The position numbers and the translations under genes are program-made. From Picochlorum sp. SENEW3 (lineage: Eukaryota), in contig CP120459.1 of NCBI GenBank assembly GCA_034226945.1, forward strand, positions 930,001 through 994,000: DNA of 64,000 bases, in the 5' to 3' direction. Below the pieces are notes generated by a model. The model did not search any database. It saw only the letters and a list, made by a program, of their open reading frames with translations, and was not told the DNA's origin. Shown in pieces: positions 60,587 through 64,000 of the stretch (position 1 is its first letter; each line of letters begins with the position of its first letter).

Positions 60587-61486
60587 CTATGGAATATCTT
60601 GATAATCCTGTGCTCCATCAGACCCCAGTCCATACAGGACCCCAAGGTGTGCATCCATCGACCCCAATCCATTAAAGGACGTATCAGCGAGCTTCAGAAA
60701 CGTAGCACATGTGACAAGAGAGTCAGATCCAGCCTGATGTTGAGGCCCAATTCTCTCCACATTCAGCGTCTCTGCCAACTTGTTCAGCCCCCCATGCATA
60801 CCATTGCAAAACTTCATCAGATATTTGATGTCATACAAGGTGGGGAAGAACAGCTTCAAAAGCTCGAAGAAATCTGCTTCCTGCTCCGGTAAAGGCGCCG
60901 CTGTCAACACCTTTAACAAATACCCAAAATCATATCCTGAATGGAATGTGATCCATCGAACATCTTCATTGAGCACCACCCCACTCACAGTAAGTTGCTC
61001 CCCAAACCTTCTCACATCAATCCCTCGAGCCTCATTCTGCGCAAAATCAATGCCACTCTGCTTCAAAAGCTCGATTGAATCCCCAGCATACATGTCCTCT
61101 GCCAGACAAAACTCTCTAAAATTAAACTGCCACACACACAGCTCGTTATTGATTCTAGGAAGATTTCCATGAGCATCAGAAAATGTCAGACCAAGCTGTA
61201 TCAGCTTGAGCATATCAACATTCAGCCTCAGGGTCTGATAATGATACTCCCCAGCATTCCTGAAATTCCCAAGTGGTCGTGCAACCACACCCGGGAACTC
61301 AGTATCCATCGCTAAGAAAGGATAATCATCTACAATCTCCCGTATCAATTTCATTTCATCATCCAGGTTGTCCTCCCAAACCTCGCGCACTCGAAGGATG
61401 GATCCATCTGGAGTCACCCCCGTCAAGCTTCCATCCGCTGCTGCAGCGTGTGTGGTCGTATTGGTTGCTCCAACCAAATCTAACAT
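60587..61486 (-). CDS. CAF1: CCR4-associated factor 1 deadenylase (DEDD)
   Basis: [16 protein letters not shown] and HQAGSDS motifs. Confidence 0.96.
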   Translation of the reverse strand: MLDLVGATNTTTHAAAADGSLTGVTPDGSILRVREVWEDNLDDEMKLIREIVDDYPFLAMDTEFPGVVARPLGNFRNAGEYHYQTLRLNVDMLKLIQLGLTFSDAHGNLPRINNELCVWQFNFREFCLAEDMYAGDSIELLKQSGIDFAQNEARGIDVRRFGEQLTVSGVVLNEDVRWITFHSGYDFGYLLKVLTAAPLPEQEADFFELLKLFFPTLYDIKYLMKFCNGMHGGLNKLAETLNVERIGPQHQAGSDSLVTCATFLKLADTSFNGLGSMDAHLGVLYGLGSDGAQDYQDIP

Positions 61487-62011
61487 ACTGATCTAGTCCA
61501 ATACAGCCGATACAGATGATCAACGACTCGTTTGGACAGGGTTGTGGAGTGAATCTGATTCGCAATTCCTCAACCTCCGCAGATAATCGCACTACCACAA
61601 GATAACAACAGAACCCAGTGAATAATGGAACATAGAGGAATATGCTCCTTCAAATATGACGAATATCTTCCTTCGACGCCAGGGATGTCGGTACCACCGC
61701 CCACCCAGTATTTTGTACTTCCCTCGATGAGACTAGGGAGACCTCTCGCGAGGTAGTTTTATTACAGGGTTGATATTGTTTTACTAGAGGGTGTTTCGGG
61801 TGAACGGTAGGCCAAGGCTTTGATCCAGAGGGCGCGAGGGTTCCTTGTTTAGATACTCAATGCGAGCATTTTCACTCAAATACTCGCGTTGATGATTGAA
61901 ACGCGATACTTCCTTGTAACAAATCTACTACGATAGGACATATGCTTGTTTCGGTTCATGGAGGCCCGATAAAATACAACCTTTATCAGCAGCAGGTGCC
62001 CTTGCTTGCAA

Positions 62012-62037
62012 CAGAAGAAGAAGAAGAAGAAGAAGAA
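62012..62037 (+). repeat. (AAG)n microsatellite
   Basis: Run of about 8 AGA/AAG units. Confidence 0.8.
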
Positions 62038-62064
62038 AAAGTGTCTGGTTTTGAGTGAGCTACC

Positions 62065-62466
62065 ATGGCTCCCGTCAGGGATGTACATCACCATAGTAGC
62101 ATACTGTGCCGACAGCAATGTCAGAGAAGGATGCTGTCCTGGGGTCCTGGGTACTATTGGCAGCCGGGAGGCCTGCGTGTACAGGGGGCATGTCCTCGGG
62201 TGGGGAGAAAGGCCTTTCCCTGTGGGGTTGTGTCAGCATTGACTGAATCTAGCGAGGACGATGATGCGCTTGTGGAAGAAGATGCATCGTCGTGGGAGTA
62301 TCGGATACAGAGTGTTGTGGCTATTTTCTTGCTTGGAGCCCTGGGGCTGTCGGCAGCCAATGTGCTGCTCAAGATTGGGGTGATTGCATTTGCACTCGTG
62401 TCCGTGGCTGTCAGATACACCATTATTGGCATATTATTAGTCGTGCTGTTGTTTTGGTTCTTGTAG
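62065..62466 (+). CDS. Unknown small membrane protein, probably plastid-targeted
   Basis: Transit-like N-terminus, an acidic linker and a hydrophobic C-terminus. Confidence 0.6.
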   Translation: MAPVRDVHHHSSILCRQQCQRRMLSWGPGYYWQPGGLRVQGACPRVGRKAFPCGVVSALTESSEDDDALVEEDASSWEYRIQSVVAIFLLGALGLSAANVLLKIGVIAFALVSVAVRYTIIGILLVVLLFWFL

Positions 62467-62488
62467 CACTGTATTTACATGGTATTGA

Positions 62489-64000
62489 TTATTCGATCAC
62501 GTAGGATTCTGTAACAAGGGACTGCTTCATGCCAAACTTGATCTGATCCCCAGTGATTGCGCCTACGACCTGAGCAATCTTGAGATCACACAGGGTCTTT
62601 TGTGCGGAGAATGACACCTGGATGGGGAAGAATGCAGAGGCAGCTGCGGCTGGGATGACAAATTCTGCAGATCCAGATGAGTTGTCCTGGTCCAATAAAT
62701 CGATTTTCCAAATCCATACGCTCTTTCTGGCATCATACTGGTGGTCACCATCAATCTGGTTCACATGTGGAGGTGCTGCTAATGCTGGCAATGGCACTAC
62801 AATCCTCACATCGTGCAAATCAAAAGAAGCTGTGCATTCATACTCAATATTGATGTATGACTGTCCTCCAGAGACGGATGGCCAGCAGTTGACAGTGAGA
62901 GGAATGTCGCTCTCATCCATGGACTGGTATCTCCATTTCAACACACCCAAGGGAGCCCCGGTGGGGAACGGGCGTGAAGGATCTTTGAGACCCAGCACAT
63001 GCTCAGATGAATATAAATTTTTATCAATGTTAGGATGCGTCTTAAACTGGTATCCTGGGGCTGGTGCACCATCCAAGAGCACTTTGACACACTGATTTTC
63101 ACCCTCACCATTCACCAACAAGGACATGGATCCAGCAACCTCCATACCCTCCACACCGCCATCTTTATTCAATGCTACACTTAACTTTTCCTCGATCGTG
63201 ACAAAAACGGGCTCTTTTGGCATCTCGACTGGAACTGCAGCAGCTGCTGCTCCACCAACAATATCTTCTACCGTCTCCCCTTCAGCCTTCAGGCTCGCAA
63301 GCATGGAGGCACCGCCAGGCTTGCCACCCAACTTCATTCCCTTGCGTCCAATAGATTTTCCAGTGGTTGGGACAGTTGAAGTCGCGCTTTGAATTCCCAT
63401 GCCTCCATAAGAAGGAGTAATGTCTGGGCGACCATATGATTGTGGCATACCGCCCATGCCCATGCCATCTCCAGAACTGACCCCTCCTGTGTATCCCATA
63501 CCAGGCCTGCCAGATCTTCCAGCATCCAACTTTTGCCTCTCGATCTCCATTGCCTTTTTCTTCATCACATCCTTTGTCTCATTAATCTTGCTCTGAATAA
63601 TCATCTTGTGCAATTTCTCCTCATGACTCTCCATTTCAATATTCTGCCTTACTTGCCCGGACGTCACATTTTCTTTGTGCCCTCCAAGTGTCACCACCTC
63701 ATCAAACGCAAAAATCAGATCAAAGGCCGCAGCAGCAACGTATTCCTCCTCCAACGGCAGCACAAAATCTGTAACCACCTTGCCAAGCAGCCTCAGCGTT
63801 TCCAAATCTTCCAGAATGTTACTGCTCTTATTCGTCACTAACACCAAGTACATGCTCTCCATTGGCTGATACAAGTATCGAATGCTGTCCGTCTCCACGT
63901 ACGTATGCTGCCTATCCGCACTGACAAGCTTGGGAAACGCTGCCAAAAGCCCCTCTATCCTCACCCTGCTCATATCTACGAATTGGCGCGACATAAGCCC
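62489..64000 (-). CDS. ARCN1: Coatomer subunit delta; 5' end beyond the window
   Basis: SRQFVDMSRVRIEGLLAAFPKL, SNILEDLETL, MESHEEKL and KTHPNIDK motifs. Confidence 0.96.
   Translation of the reverse strand, partial: GLMSRQFVDMSRVRIEGLLAAFPKLVSADRQHTYVETDSIRYLYQPMESMYLVLVTNKSSNILEDLETLRLLGKVVTDFVLPLEEEYVAAAAFDLIFAFDEVVTLGGHKENVTSGQVRQNIEMESHEEKLHKMIIQSKINETKDVMKKKAMEIERQKLDAGRSGRPGMGYTGGVSSGDGMGMGGMPQSYGRPDITPSYGGMGIQSATSTVPTTGKSIGRKGMKLGGKPGGASMLASLKAEGETVEDIVGGAAAAAVPVEMPKEPVFVTIEEKLSVALNKDGGVEGMEVAGSMSLLVNGEGENQCVKVLLDGAPAPGYQFKTHPNIDKNLYSSEHVLGLKDPSRPFPTGAPLGVLKWRYQSMDESDIPLTVNCWPSVSGGQSYINIEYECTASFDLHDVRIVVPLPALAAPPHVNQIDGDHQYDARKSVWIWKIDLLDQDNSSGSAEFVIPAAAASAFFPIQVSFSAQKTLCDLKIAQVVGAITGDQIKFGMKQSLVTESYVIE

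Overview
Eukaryotic nuclear DNA from a very compact green-algal genome. The evidence is plastid-targeted genes (hemC, HCF136, CSP41a, plastid L3), mostly ~65-90 nt GT-AG introns, chlorophyte-type TGTAA poly(A) signals and convergent stops as close as 1 nt. A Picochlorum-like trebouxiophyte is my inference. About 40 protein genes are present, mostly housekeeping. All family calls are by eye; no searches were run. The main items beyond the ORF track are: (1) a hidden Cys-rich cationic secreted-peptide gene (4592-4764, minus) with a 1-nt frameshift after its ATG, next to a hairpin cluster; (2) a SAP-NLS-TM protein whose C-terminus resembles the degenerate AAA+ domain of animal torsin activators LAP1/LULL1; (3) an accessory block with two tandem copies of an unknown Lys/Trp-rich secreted protein, a flanking 16-bp inverted repeat and a convergent secreted S41-like peptidase; (4) a box C/D snoRNA in the NIP7 intron; (5) a highly structured 341-nt intron in the plastid L3 gene containing a possible sequestered, frameshifting alternative donor.
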